DNA of 64,000 bases from Thermoplasmata archaeon (GTDB taxonomy: Archaea > Thermoplasmatota > E2 > JACPAO01 > JAHFTW01). The position numbers were made by a program, and so were the translations under genes. The stretch is taken from positions 81,741 to 145,740 of the forward strand of contig JAXDQS010000002.1 in NCBI GenBank assembly GCA_034667725.1. Direction: 5' to 3'. Below the pieces are notes generated by a model, which was not told where the DNA came from, searched no databases, and was given only the letters and a program-made list of their open reading frames with translations. This document shows positions 7,868-18,095 of the stretch, one piece after another (position 1 is the first letter of the stretch; every line of letters starts with the position of its first letter).

Positions 7868-10068
7868 CGCTGCACACCTGCCCGATGCACCCCGAGGTCC
7901 GCAAGGAGGGGCCCGGCGACTGCCCCGACTGCGGGATGTCGTTGGAGCCCGTGCCGGGCGGCGCCCGCGCCTCCAAGTGGGTTTGCCCGATGCACCCCGA
8001 GGTGGTGGCGGACGGGCCGGGCGACTGCCCCGTCTGTGGGATGGCCTTGGAGCCCGCCGCCGGCACGGCCGCGGCAAACCCGGAGCTGCGCAGCATGTGG
8101 ATCCGCTTCTGGGTGGCCGCCATCCTCAGCCTCCCGCTGGCCGCCATGGGGATGGGCGACCTGCTCCCCATCCAGGACGTGGGGCCTGCCCTCGGCTGGA
8201 TCCAGCTTGTCCTTGCGACCCCCGTGGTGCTGTGGTGCGGGTGGCCGTTCCTGGTGCGCGCCGCGCGGTCCGTCCTCACCTGGCGCCTCAACATGTGGAC
8301 CCTCATCGGCCTCGGCGTCCTGGTGGCCTACCTGTTCTCGGCCGCGGTGGTGCTGCTGCCCGACCGCCTGCCGCACGAGCTCCGGCACGAGGGCAGGCTG
8401 CCGGTGTACTTCGAGGCCGCCGCGGCCATCGTCGCCTTGGTCCTCCTGGGCCAGGTGATGGAGCTGCGCGCCCGCGAGCGTGCCGGCTCGGCCTTGCGCG
8501 CGCTCTTGGAGCTGGCGCCGCGCACCGCCCACATCGTGCGCCCCGGCGGCGCCGAGGAGGAGGTCGCGCTGCACCAGGTCGAGAAGGGCTGGGCCCTGCG
8601 GGTCCGGCCGGGCGGGCGCGTCCCGGTCGACGGCCGCGTGACCGAAGGCGCCACCGCCGTGGACGAGTCGATGGTGACGGGCGAGTCGGTGCCGGTGGAC
8701 AAGCAGCCCGGCGACAAGGTCATCGGCGGCACCGTCAACACCACCGGCTCCATCCTGATGGTGGCCGAGCGCGTCGGCGCCGACACGGTGCTGGAGCGCA
8801 TCGTCGCCCAGGTCGCGCAGGCCCAGGCCAGCCGGGCGCCCATCCAGAAGGTCGCCGACCGGGTGGCGGCCGTCTTCGTCCCCGTCGTGGTCCTCGTGGC
8901 CGTGGCCGCGTTCGCGGCTTGGATGCTGTGGGGACCGGAGCCGCGGTTCGCGTACGCCCTGGTGAGCGCCGTCTCGGTCCTGATCATCGCCTGCCCGTGC
9001 GCCTTGGGCCTCGCGACCCCCATGTCCATCATGGTGGCCACCGGCCGCGGCGCCACCATGGGCATCCTGTTCCGCGACGCCGAGGCGCTGGAACGGCTGA
9101 CCGACGTGGACACGGTCCTCCTGGACAAGACGGGCACGTTGACCTTGGGCAAGATGCGGCTGCACACCATCTACCCGACGCCCGGCGTCGTCGAGCGCGA
9201 GGCGCTGCGGATGGCGGCGGCGGTCGAGCGCCAAAGCGAGCACCCGATTGCGCAGGCCATCGCGGCGGCCGCCCCCGACGCGCCACGCGCCACCGAGTTC
9301 CGCAACGTGCCCGGCCAAGGCGTCGTCGGCGTCGTCGAGGGCCGGAAGGTGGCTATCGGCCATCGCTTCCTGGTCTCGGACGCGGGCGCCACCGTGCCCC
9401 TGGACGCCGAGGCAAACGCGGCGTCCATGCGCCGGCTCGGGCTCACGGTCCTCTACCTCGCGGTGGACGGCGAGCTGTGGGCCGTGCTGGGCGTGGCGGA
9501 CACCGTCAAGCCGACGTCGCGCGAGGCCGTCGCCAAGCTGCGCGAGCTGCACCTCCAGGTCCGGATGCTGACGGGCGACAACGCCACCACCGCGAACGCC
9601 GTGGCCACCCGCGTCGGCATCCGCGACGTGGACGCCGGCGTCCTGCCCGAGGGCAAGGCCGAGGTCGTGCGCCGCCTCCAGGCCGAGGGCAAGAAGGTCG
9701 CGATGTGCGGCGACGGCGTCAACGACGCGCCCGCGCTGGCGGCCGCGCACGTCGGGATCGCGATGGGCACCGGCACCGACGCGGCCAAGGAGGTCGCAGG
9801 GGTCACCTTGGTCCAGAGCGACGTGGCCGGCCTCGAACGCGCCATCCGGCTGTCGCGCGCCACATCGGCCAACATCCGGCAGAACCTGTTCTTCGCGTTC
9901 GCCTACAACGCAGTCGGCATCCCGCTGGCGGCCGGCGTGCTCTACCCGTTCTTCGGGCTGCTGCTGTCGCCGATGGTGGCGGCGGCCGCCATGTCCCTGA
10001 GCAGCGTGTCGGTCATCGCCAACGCCCTCCGGCTCCGGCACGCCCGCCTCGCCGCCCTGGGGTCCTAG
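7864..10068 (+). CDS. copA: Copper-translocating P1B-type ATPase with two CPMHP metal-binding repeats
   Basis: TGES, CPC, DKTGT, SEHP, GDGVND, YN and MSLSS; TTG overlaps SET stop. Confidence 0.95.
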   Translation: MTLHTCPMHPEVRKEGPGDCPDCGMSLEPVPGGARASKWVCPMHPEVVADGPGDCPVCGMALEPAAGTAAANPELRSMWIRFWVAAILSLPLAAMGMGDLLPIQDVGPALGWIQLVLATPVVLWCGWPFLVRAARSVLTWRLNMWTLIGLGVLVAYLFSAAVVLLPDRLPHELRHEGRLPVYFEAAAAIVALVLLGQVMELRARERAGSALRALLELAPRTAHIVRPGGAEEEVALHQVEKGWALRVRPGGRVPVDGRVTEGATAVDESMVTGESVPVDKQPGDKVIGGTVNTTGSILMVAERVGADTVLERIVAQVAQAQASRAPIQKVADRVAAVFVPVVVLVAVAAFAAWMLWGPEPRFAYALVSAVSVLIIACPCALGLATPMSIMVATGRGATMGILFRDAEALERLTDVDTVLLDKTGTLTLGKMRLHTIYPTPGVVEREALRMAAAVERQSEHPIAQAIAAAAPDAPRATEFRNVPGQGVVGVVEGRKVAIGHRFLVSDAGATVPLDAEANAASMRRLGLTVLYLAVDGELWAVLGVADTVKPTSREAVAKLRELHLQVRMLTGDNATTANAVATRVGIRDVDAGVLPEGKAEVVRRLQAEGKKVAMCGDGVNDAPALAAAHVGIAMGTGTDAAKEVAGVTLVQSDVAGLERAIRLSRATSANIRQNLFFAFAYNAVGIPLAAGVLYPFFGLLLSPMVAAAAMSLSSVSVIANALRLRHARLAALGS

Positions 10069-10074
10069 CCCCGG

Positions 10075-10515
10075 TCAAGCCTTCCCTTTCGGCTTGGCGG
10101 CCTTGGCCTTCGCGAACGCGGCCCCGACGGCCGCCTCCAGCGCCTTCGGGTCGCCCTGCATCGGGTCGAGCCGGATCCAGCCGAACAGCTTGAACACGGC
10201 CCCGTCCGGCGGGCGCAGCGCGAAGCCGGCGGCCTCCAGGCGGGCCTTGTCGGGCGCGTCGATGCGCAGCTCGACGGCGCCGGGCTCAGGGCCGCCGCGG
10301 AACAGCCGCGCGAACTGGTTGCAGCCGACGATGAGGCCGACGTGCTCGGCGCCGAACTCGCTCTGCAGCTCGGCGCCGTCGGCGGCCGCGACGGCCTGCG
10401 CGGCGCGCACCAGGTCCAAGAGCCGGGCCTTGTGCTCCGGCGCGACGGGCGTCCGCTCCAGCAGGCGCAGCGGCCGGTCGTCGCTGGCGGGCACGGTCGG
10501 GGTGTGGTCCATCAT
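10075..10515 (-). CDS. Hypothetical protein, possible MmcQ/YjbR/TfoX-like fold
   Basis: Coupled to aminotransferase stop; GWIRL motif followed by an amphipathic helix. Confidence 0.65.
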   Translation of the reverse strand: MMDHTPTVPASDDRPLRLLERTPVAPEHKARLLDLVRAAQAVAAADGAELQSEFGAEHVGLIVGCNQFARLFRGGPEPGAVELRIDAPDKARLEAAGFALRPPDGAVFKLFGWIRLDPMQGDPKALEAAVGAAFAKAKAAKPKGKA

Positions 10516-11696
10516 CCCACCGACCGGAGCTCTTTCTGCCAGGCGCCGAGCCGCCGCAGGCCTTCGCGGATGCGATCGGGATGGGTTGCGTAGCTGAGAC
10601 GGACATGGCTGGCGCCCCGGGCGCCGAAGGCGAGGCCGGGCGTCACGGCGACGTCGGCGCGCTCCAGCATCCCCATGGCAAGCGCGTCGTCCAGGAGCCC
10701 GCCCCATTGGCGCGGGTCGAAGCGCGCGAAGCAGTAGAACGCGCCCGCCGGCGTCGGGCAGGACACGCCGGGCAGGGCGTTGAGGCCCGCCACCATCAGG
10801 TCGCGGCGGCGCCGGTACTCGTCCCGCATCGCGGCCACCGAGTCCTGCGGGCCGGCCACGGCGGCCAGCGCCCCATCCTGGGCGAAGCTGGTGATGTGCG
10901 TCAGGCTCTGCGACTGCAGCTTGTCCACCTCGGCGACGGCGGCGTCGGGCGCCACCACCCAGCCGGTGCGCCAGCCGGTCATCGCGAACGACTTGCTGAG
11001 GCCATTCACGGTGAAGGTGCGCTCCCAGCCGCCGGGCAGCGCCGCGGCGCTCACGTGCCGGCCATCGTAGAGCAGCTTCTGGTAAATCTCGTCCGAGATG
11101 ACCCACAGGTCGTGGTCGATGGCAAGCTCGACGATGCCGCGCACGTCCTCCGGCGTGTTGACGCCGCCCGTCGGGTTGGACGGCGAGTTGAGGATGATGG
11201 CCTTGGTCTTCCGGGTGATGCGCTCCGCCACGGCCTCGGGCCGCATCCGGAACCCGTCGTCCGCCAGGATGGGGACCGGGACCGGCGTCGCGTGCGCCCA
11301 CTGCACGATCGGCTCGTAGCTGACCCACGCCGGGTCGGGCAGCAGCACCTCGTCGCCCTGCTGCGTCGTGGCCTGCAGCGACAGGAAGATGCCGTGCTTG
11401 GCCGGGGTCACGACGACATGCCGCGCCGTGCACGGGATGCCGTTGTCCTTGCGCTCGGCGTCCGCGATGGCGGCCCGCAGCTCCGGGATGCCGGCGCCCG
11501 GCGTGTACTTGGTGCGGCCGGCGCGCAACGCGGCGATGGCCGCCTCCTTCACGTGCTGCGGCGTGTCGAAGTCAGGCTCGCCGATGTTGAACGACACCAT
11601 GTCGATGCCCTTGGCGCGCTTCTGGGCCACCAGGTTGTTCATGGCCACGGTGGCGGAGGCCGCGATGCGGCGGGTCCGCTCGGCGAAACGTGGCAC
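10512..11696 (-). CDS. Class I PLP aminotransferase (aspartate aminotransferase-like)
   Basis: GEPDFDTP, NSPSNPTG, SDEIY, SKSFAMTGWRTG. Confidence 0.95.
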   Translation of the reverse strand: MPRFAERTRRIAASATVAMNNLVAQKRAKGIDMVSFNIGEPDFDTPQHVKEAAIAALRAGRTKYTPGAGIPELRAAIADAERKDNGIPCTARHVVVTPAKHGIFLSLQATTQQGDEVLLPDPAWVSYEPIVQWAHATPVPVPILADDGFRMRPEAVAERITRKTKAIILNSPSNPTGGVNTPEDVRGIVELAIDHDLWVISDEIYQKLLYDGRHVSAAALPGGWERTFTVNGLSKSFAMTGWRTGWVVAPDAAVAEVDKLQSQSLTHITSFAQDGALAAVAGPQDSVAAMRDEYRRRRDLMVAGLNALPGVSCPTPAGAFYCFARFDPRQWGGLLDDALAMGMLERADVAVTPGLAFGARGASHVRLSYATHPDRIREGLRRLGAWQKELRSVG

Positions 11697-11720
11697 GACC
11701 GGTCGGAGGCCGGGTCTTGG

Positions 11721-13310
11721 TCAAGAGGGTGTCGTCGGCAGCTCCGGCCGGCGACGGAACGGCAGCCGGAGGAACCGCTTCGGCAGCATCCCGAGCAGCA
11801 CCAGCAGGATGCCGAGGCCGAACAGGATCAAGAGGGGCAACGAGGACCAGTCGATGGCGCCGCTGCCGGCGGTGCTGGCGGGGACCACGATGCCGGGGTT
11901 CGAGAGGTCCAGGTCGCCGCGCACGGGCTCGCTGAGCGAAGGGTGGCTCACCTCGTAGGTGAAGGGACCGAGGAAGGTCGGCGTCAGGTCGAGGCTTAGG
12001 CTGTGCGTGGTGAGCATCGTCTTCGCGTACGTGACGTTGTAGCCGCCCATCTGCGCGATCGGAGTGCTGTTGCCGGGGGCGTAGACGCGCAGCAGCACGC
12101 CGGGCATCGGCAAGCCGTCCGCGCCGGTCACGACGGCCCGGACCGGGACCTGGGCGAGGATGGGCATGCCGTTCGGGTTGCGGGCCATGATGCCGCCGTA
12201 GTCGTTGTCCATGAGGTCGCCGGCGAAGCGCGAGTCATAGAGGAAGATGGCGTTGGCGCGGTTGCGCACGAAGGTGTTGTTGGAGGCGGCCAGCAGGCTG
12301 TTGTCCTTGCCGAAGATGCCTTGGCGGTGGCCGGTGATGACGGAGTCGCGGATGTCCGCGATGGTCCCCATCAGGTAGACGCCGTGGGTCTCCTCGGTGG
12401 CGGGAACGGCCGCAGGCTCCAGGCGCAGGCCCTTGGCGTTGATGCGTGGGTAGTCCATAACCTGGGGGTTGACCTCGTTGGGCAGGAACTTGCCGTGGAC
12501 GCCGTCCTGCTTGTAGCCGGTGATGCGCACGTCGTCGAGGTTGGCCACGCCGGAGCCGGCGACGTACACGCCGATGGAGCCGGCCGAGAGGTCGGAGTCG
12601 TGGACCTGGACGGGGCAGCTGTTGACCATCACGGCCTCCGTGATGGCGTGGATGCTGGTCCGTTCGACCACGAAGTCGCACAAGGTGCGGCCCATGATGC
12701 CGAAATGGGAATCGGCCAGGCTCGAGTCGCGGATTTCCATCGGGCCAAGGGCGCCGAGGCTCATGAAGCCCATGTTGGCGACCTCGGCGCGCTCCAGCAG
12801 CACGGAGCCGCCCTGGGCCGCGATCAGCGTGCCGTTGCTGTTGTACAAGTGAATGTCGGCCAGCTCGGCGCGGCCGGCGACCCGGAGGCCGCCGCCGGGG
12901 AAGTAGAGGTTGTTCAGGCCGCTGCCGCGCATGCGCGAGATTTCGGTCCGGGGCTCGCCGGAGGAGACGATGGTGCCGTTGGCCTCGATCCAGAAGCCAT
13001 GGGTCTCGTCGATGGTTTCGTCAAGGGCCGTGAGGCGGGTGGCGGCATTGCCGGACGGGCCGAGCTCCAGCCTGGCGCCCGCCTCGACCAGGATGCGGTG
13101 GCCGACGGTGAGTTCGACGCCTTCGAGGCGGAGCGTGGCGGGGGCCTGGACGAGGAGGTCGTGCGGGATGGTCCTGGCGACGGCCGTCCAGGTCTGGTCC
13201 TCGGCGACCACCACGTCGTCGGCCGCCGGCTGGCCCGTGCTGGACGGCGATGGGAGGACGACGACGGCCAGCAGCAAGGCGAGGGTCGCGGACTGGAGGG
13301 TTTTGTTCAT
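11721..13310 (-). CDS. Secreted right-handed beta-helix protein with C-terminal membrane anchor
   Basis: Signal peptide, beta-helix-like repeats (IRDSVITG, NNTFVRN), C-terminal TM plus basic tail. Confidence 0.8.
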   Translation of the reverse strand: MNKTLQSATLALLLAVVVLPSPSSTGQPAADDVVVAEDQTWTAVARTIPHDLLVQAPATLRLEGVELTVGHRILVEAGARLELGPSGNAATRLTALDETIDETHGFWIEANGTIVSSGEPRTEISRMRGSGLNNLYFPGGGLRVAGRAELADIHLYNSNGTLIAAQGGSVLLERAEVANMGFMSLGALGPMEIRDSSLADSHFGIMGRTLCDFVVERTSIHAITEAVMVNSCPVQVHDSDLSAGSIGVYVAGSGVANLDDVRITGYKQDGVHGKFLPNEVNPQVMDYPRINAKGLRLEPAAVPATEETHGVYLMGTIADIRDSVITGHRQGIFGKDNSLLAASNNTFVRNRANAIFLYDSRFAGDLMDNDYGGIMARNPNGMPILAQVPVRAVVTGADGLPMPGVLLRVYAPGNSTPIAQMGGYNVTYAKTMLTTHSLSLDLTPTFLGPFTYEVSHPSLSEPVRGDLDLSNPGIVVPASTAGSGAIDWSSLPLLILFGLGILLVLLGMLPKRFLRLPFRRRPELPTTPS

Positions 13311-13484
13311 GGAGGCACCCGATAGCACGCTTCGGACCTTTGGGCCATATTCAGTGGTTCTGGCCGAAGCGGATACATCTACAGGAGTGGAAGGAATTGC
13401 GCGTGCTCGCGGGGACGCACCTTGGCTAGGAATCATGGAGCGCAGAAAAGGATGGAAAGAGGGGGGAAGGGAACTACCGCTGCC

Positions 13485-14261
13485 TTAGTTGTAGGACATC
13501 GGGTAGGGGTCGCACTTGTTGGCGAGGGGGGCGATGCTGCCGTTGGGGCCAGCGACCGTGTAGGTGCCGTACGTGTTGGGCGGGGGGGCCGTGGTCGGGA
13601 AGCCGGTGACGTGGCCGCCGTCGATGGTGTACGCGAACTGCTCGTCGTAGACGAACGCGTCGCCGTTGCCGTCGCCGCAGGTGATGCCGCCGATCTGGGC
13701 GGTGAAGGGAACCGGGGCGTTGACCTCGTCCGTCATCTGGATCTGGTACCACTGGCGGGAGGGCGAGGCGATGATGCCCTGCTCGTCGTCCTCGGCGTCC
13801 TTGCAGGCGCCGCCGTCGTAGGCGTTGTAGGCGCCGTTCGAGCGGCCGCCGGTGGCAGCGCAGGGGGAGCCCGAGAAGCCCGGGTTCATGAAGCACAGGC
13901 CGCCCTGGCCGGAGTTGCCGGGGTCGCCGGTCTCGCTGTCAGGGTTGGCCTCGCAAGCCGTGAAGGCGAAGGCCGAGTCGCCGCCCTCGAAGGCGGGGTC
14001 GTCGGTGCAGAGGATGGCCTTGACCTCGGTGATGATGGGGTGGAGGTCCGGAATCATGTTGATGATGTTACAGAGCGGACCGCCGTTCACGAGGGGGTCG
14101 CTAGTGGGGTAGTCCACGCCGATGGCGGCGCCCCAGTGCTGGGGCTCAAGGCCGCTGCCTGCAGCCACCGAGGTGTTTTCCGTGATGTGGTACGCGTTGC
14201 TGGGGAGGGCCATGGCCACGAAGACCAAGGCGATGCCGCCAGCGATCATTTTGCTGTTCAT
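13485..14261 (-). CDS. Secreted Cys/Gly/Asp-rich protein
   Basis: Signal peptide MNSKMIAGGIALVFVAMALPSNA, GGTGA RBS, 8 Cys, strong codon bias, pyrimidine-rich tract downstream. Confidence 0.8.
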   Translation of the reverse strand: MNSKMIAGGIALVFVAMALPSNAYHITENTSVAAGSGLEPQHWGAAIGVDYPTSDPLVNGGPLCNIINMIPDLHPIITEVKAILCTDDPAFEGGDSAFAFTACEANPDSETGDPGNSGQGGLCFMNPGFSGSPCAATGGRSNGAYNAYDGGACKDAEDDEQGIIASPSRQWYQIQMTDEVNAPVPFTAQIGGITCGDGNGDAFVYDEQFAYTIDGGHVTGFPTTAPPPNTYGTYTVAGPNGSIAPLANKCDPYPMSYN

Positions 14262-14507
14262 TGTGTTCACCAATGCCAAGAGCAGCCCGTCCACGCGGTG
14301 CGGGGACAAGCCTCCAGGGCAATCAGGCGCGAATCACCTGCCTCATTGAAGGCTTGCGGCCCATGCGGAAACAATCGCTAGCCCAACTGGAAACATCGGG
14401 CAAGGGGGGTCGGCTTGCCGAAGGTTGACTGGGGGCCTTCCGGGACATCTGGTTTCCACTAGAGCCCCAGAAGAACCTGCCGTCCACGGAACCATCGTCG
14501 TAGGGGC

Positions 14508-15125
14508 CTAGATGCGCAGGCCTTCCAGCGCCGTCGGCCGCAGCTCGACGGTGACCTCGCCGCGGCCGGCGTGCTCGAAGCCCAGCGCCGTGGGCGGCTG
14601 CGCCGTGGCCGGCTCGTCGCGCGAGTCGAGAATGCGAAGCAGCGCGCTCGTCGGGTAGTACGTCTTGAACGGCGGCTCCTCGACCTCCTCCAGCAGGCCC
14701 TGCGCCAGCATGGCGTCGACGTACTTGCGGAACACCTTGCGCGTCATGCCGAGCTGGCGGGTGATGTCGCTCTGGACGAGGCCCGGCTCGCGGCGGACCT
14801 TCTGCGCCAGCTCCAGAGTGCGGCCGCGCTGGAGGGCGGCCCAGGCGTCCTGGTCGAAGAACTGCATGGTGGCGGGGAACACGGCGGCCCGCTGGCTCGA
14901 TGACACGACCCGGACCAGGCCAGCCCTGTGCAAGGCGGCCAGGTGGTGGCGCACGGTGGCCCGGGAGCAGCCGGCCTCGTCGACCAGGCGGCCCTGTAGG
15001 ATGCCAGGAGAGCGGTGGACAATCTCCAGGATGCCGGCGCGCATGCGGTTCGTCAGGAGGCGAGCCCGTTGCCGGCCGATGGCGGCAGGGGTGCGCTGGC
15101 TCTCCGTGGATTGGGACCCGACCAT
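14508..15125 (-). CDS. Double winged-helix transcriptional regulator (COG3398-like)
   Basis: Two wHTH repeats (ILEIVHRSPGI...TVRHHLAAL; VRREPGLVQSDITRQLGM); start uncertain. Confidence 0.75.
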   Translation of the reverse strand: MVGSQSTESQRTPAAIGRQRARLLTNRMRAGILEIVHRSPGILQGRLVDEAGCSRATVRHHLAALHRAGLVRVVSSSQRAAVFPATMQFFDQDAWAALQRGRTLELAQKVRREPGLVQSDITRQLGMTRKVFRKYVDAMLAQGLLEEVEEPPFKTYYPTSALLRILDSRDEPATAQPPTALGFEHAGRGEVTVELRPTALEGLRI

Positions 15126-15374
15126 GCAAGCCGGCCAACGCCAGCCGGTCTTTGAGTGGGTTTTGGCTGATCGCGGCTCGGTCCAAAAACAGCTCAAGAA
15201 CCTTGTGCTTGGCGCGACGGTTCCTCCAGGAGTAAGTAGTCGGCCCAAGAAGTTCATGGCGGTGCTCGCATTAACCAAAAGTCTCAGATAGGGGGAGAGC
15301 TTGGAAGCGCTGGTGTGATTGTCGTGGGTGCGATTGGTGTTCCAGCAGAGCCTCGCCTTGTCCTTGGGCGTCGG

Positions 15375-18092
15375 ATGGCCGTCGGCTTGGCTGCCGTGGC
15401 CGTCCTTGGCCTGGGGTTGCTGATGTTGGCGCCCGACGCGCAGGCCCAGGGGGCCGCCATCAACACGCCGTTCATCCAGGTGGGCTTGCACCCCAACGGC
15501 GACTTCCGCTACATTTGCGGCAGCACTTGCCCGCCCATCTGCAACGACAACGCCGTCCGCATCCTGTACCACCTTGCCGGCGGCGCCGGCGACTGCAACC
15601 TGAACATCGCCGGCTATTGGGGCGTCTCCTTCACTAATCCCACCTACGGCCTTCGGACTGCCACCTGCTCGTCCTACGATTCGGGCAACGGCGTCTGCGC
15701 CCCCTTCATTTCGCCGCCTGCCACGATGGCCTCAACCGGGTTCAGCTACACGGGGGCCGTCGGCAGCGCCACCTCGGTCACCGCCAACAACCGCTTGTCG
15801 GCGCCCGGGGACCCGGTCTCGCCATTGATCATCCAGCACGTCCTCACGCCCTCGACCAGCGCCAACCTCGCTAGGGCCGACGTCACCATCACGAACACGG
15901 ACCCCAGCGGCACGTTCTCGGACATCCACTACCGCCGCACCTTTGCCTTCACCGAGATGCGTCACCCCCCCGGCGCTCCCCCCCCCGGCGGTCCTACGGT
16001 CCAGTCGTTGAGCACGAACACCAAGCTCTGGATTGAAGGCGACTACCCGCCCCCCTCCACCCTGCGGTGCACCTCGAACGTGGGCTTCGCTCATGGTGCC
16101 CCGCAAACCAATTGCGTCAACGGCCTCCCGGACTTCCTTCATGGGTCCAACACCGCCCGCTGCGAGGATGATGGCCGCCTGTCTACCCACCCGAACCCGC
16201 CTATCCCGCCCGGCGCGGTCCCGGCCGGCCCGCCTACGGTCTCCCCCGTCCCTGGCCCCGGCACCGCGACCCTCGGGCTGGCCGTTCCCTGGACCGCCGG
16301 GCCCACCGGCTACGTCGACTGCGGCCAAGGCGCCCTGTTCGAGTTCGCCCTCGGCAGCCTCGGCCCTGGCGAGAGTCTGAGCTTCACCATCTTCCTGGGC
16401 GGCGTCATGGCCACCGGATCGGTCCCGGACGCCCTCAACGACGCCCGCGACATCCTGCGCAGCGTCGGCGCCGAGTTCTGGTCCATCGCCGAGCCGGCCA
16501 CGGTGTCGAACACGACCTGGGCCACCTCGATGGTCGGCTTCCACGGCCTGTACCGCCCCGCGCCCACCGTCACCTGGAGCACCACCATCCCTGGCTGGAC
16601 CGTTCCGGCCCCGTTCACGCCGGGCGTCACTGTGTGCCTAGGCGAGGCGGCGACCTTCAGCGACACCTACGTCCACACCTCCTACCCCATCGCCAGCTCG
16701 GAGTGGGATTTCGAGACCGACGGCACGGTGGACGCGACCTTCCCCGGCTCCGGCACGCCCAGCCACACCTACCCCGCCGTCGGCAGCTACACGGTCACCG
16801 TCAACGTCGAGGACACCGCCGGCTGGACCGGCACCGGGACCGCCACCGTCGTCGTCAAGCAATGCCGGCTGCCCCCCGTGGCCTCGTTCATCGCAAGCGG
16901 CGGCGCCAACTGCATCGACAGCCGCGTGCTGTTCGACGCCAGCGCCTCCTACGACCCCGACGGCGGCCCGCTGACCTACACTTGGAACTTCGGCGACGGC
17001 TCCGCCAACGGCACCGGCGTCACGGTGTTCCACCAGTACCTCAACGACAACCCGCTCACCGTCACGCTGACCGTGCTCGACAACGAGGGCGTCACAGGTG
17101 TGGCCACCATGCCGTACCCGCCGCCGGGCGACCCCAACTGTCTGCCGAACCTGGACCCTCTCCCCGAGGTCTGGGTGTCGCCGGGCGAGGTCTTCACCGT
17201 CCAGCTGCACGCCGTCGACTCCGACGGCCCAGGGCTGTCCTTCGAAGGCGCCGCCACCTTGGGCGGCACCGTGAACAGCCTCGTCGTGACGCCGCCGCCC
17301 ACCCAATGGGAGGCGAACGGCGACTTCGTCTTCACCGTCCCCGGCTGGCCGGCAGGCCGCTACGAACTGCCGTTCCGCGCCTTCGACGGCATCGCCTACG
17401 ACCAGGAAATCCTGGTGCTGCGCGTCCGCGGCATCGTGGAGGACACCGACAGCGACGGCGTGGCGGACCCCGCCGACAACTGCCCAGGCATCGTGAACCT
17501 CGACCAGGCCGACGGCGACAAGAACGGCGTCGGCGACGCCTGCCAAGGGCCCGACGGCAAGACCATCGACTTCGACGGCGACGGCGTCCCCGACACCTCT
17601 GACCTGTGCCCCACGGTCCCGAACCCGGACCAGCAGGACACGGACCTGGACGGCATCGGCGACGCCTGCGAACGCCTCGGCCTGCCTAACGACGCCGACG
17701 CCGACGGCTGGCTCGACGTGGTCGACAACTGCCCCGCCCGCCCCAACGAGGACCAGAAAGACCTGGACAAAGACGGCGCCGGCGACCTGTGCGACCCCGA
17801 CGCGGACGGCGACCACGTGTCCGACGTCGGCAAGAACGCCGACAACTGCCTGCGCCTCCCCAACCCCGACCAGCTGGACGCCGACCAGGACGGCGAGGGC
17901 AACGCCTGCGACCAGGCGACCGACCAGCCCCCGACCGGGCTGGCGGAGCGCAAGCGCCCGCTCGGCGACCTGCAGGACCCCTCCAGCCGCTCGTTCCTGC
18001 TGCTGGTGGGAATCGGGCCGGCCGTGCTGGCGGGCGTGCTGCTGCTGGCGCTGTGGCGCAGGAAGCGGAAGGAGCAGGAACGGCAACCGTAG
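15375..18092 (+). CDS. Large surface protein with PKD domains, TSP type-3 repeats and C-terminal TM anchor
   Basis: Signal peptide; WDFETDG and WNFGDG PKD motifs; DSDGVAD..DNCP..NxDQxD repeats; LALWRRKRK. Confidence 0.9.
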   Translation: MAVGLAAVAVLGLGLLMLAPDAQAQGAAINTPFIQVGLHPNGDFRYICGSTCPPICNDNAVRILYHLAGGAGDCNLNIAGYWGVSFTNPTYGLRTATCSSYDSGNGVCAPFISPPATMASTGFSYTGAVGSATSVTANNRLSAPGDPVSPLIIQHVLTPSTSANLARADVTITNTDPSGTFSDIHYRRTFAFTEMRHPPGAPPPGGPTVQSLSTNTKLWIEGDYPPPSTLRCTSNVGFAHGAPQTNCVNGLPDFLHGSNTARCEDDGRLSTHPNPPIPPGAVPAGPPTVSPVPGPGTATLGLAVPWTAGPTGYVDCGQGALFEFALGSLGPGESLSFTIFLGGVMATGSVPDALNDARDILRSVGAEFWSIAEPATVSNTTWATSMVGFHGLYRPAPTVTWSTTIPGWTVPAPFTPGVTVCLGEAATFSDTYVHTSYPIASSEWDFETDGTVDATFPGSGTPSHTYPAVGSYTVTVNVEDTAGWTGTGTATVVVKQCRLPPVASFIASGGANCIDSRVLFDASASYDPDGGPLTYTWNFGDGSANGTGVTVFHQYLNDNPLTVTLTVLDNEGVTGVATMPYPPPGDPNCLPNLDPLPEVWVSPGEVFTVQLHAVDSDGPGLSFEGAATLGGTVNSLVVTPPPTQWEANGDFVFTVPGWPAGRYELPFRAFDGIAYDQEILVLRVRGIVEDTDSDGVADPADNCPGIVNLDQADGDKNGVGDACQGPDGKTIDFDGDGVPDTSDLCPTVPNPDQQDTDLDGIGDACERLGLPNDADADGWLDVVDNCPARPNEDQKDLDKDGAGDLCDPDADGDHVSDVGKNADNCLRLPNPDQLDADQDGEGNACDQATDQPPTGLAERKRPLGDLQDPSSRSFLLLVGIGPAVLAGVLLLALWRRKRKEQERQP

Positions 18093-18095
18093 CGC

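Noticed and set aside
15126-15572. N-terminal extension of the wHTH ORF to 15572
   Set aside because: It overlaps the divergent surface-protein gene and the promoter region and is not protein-like.
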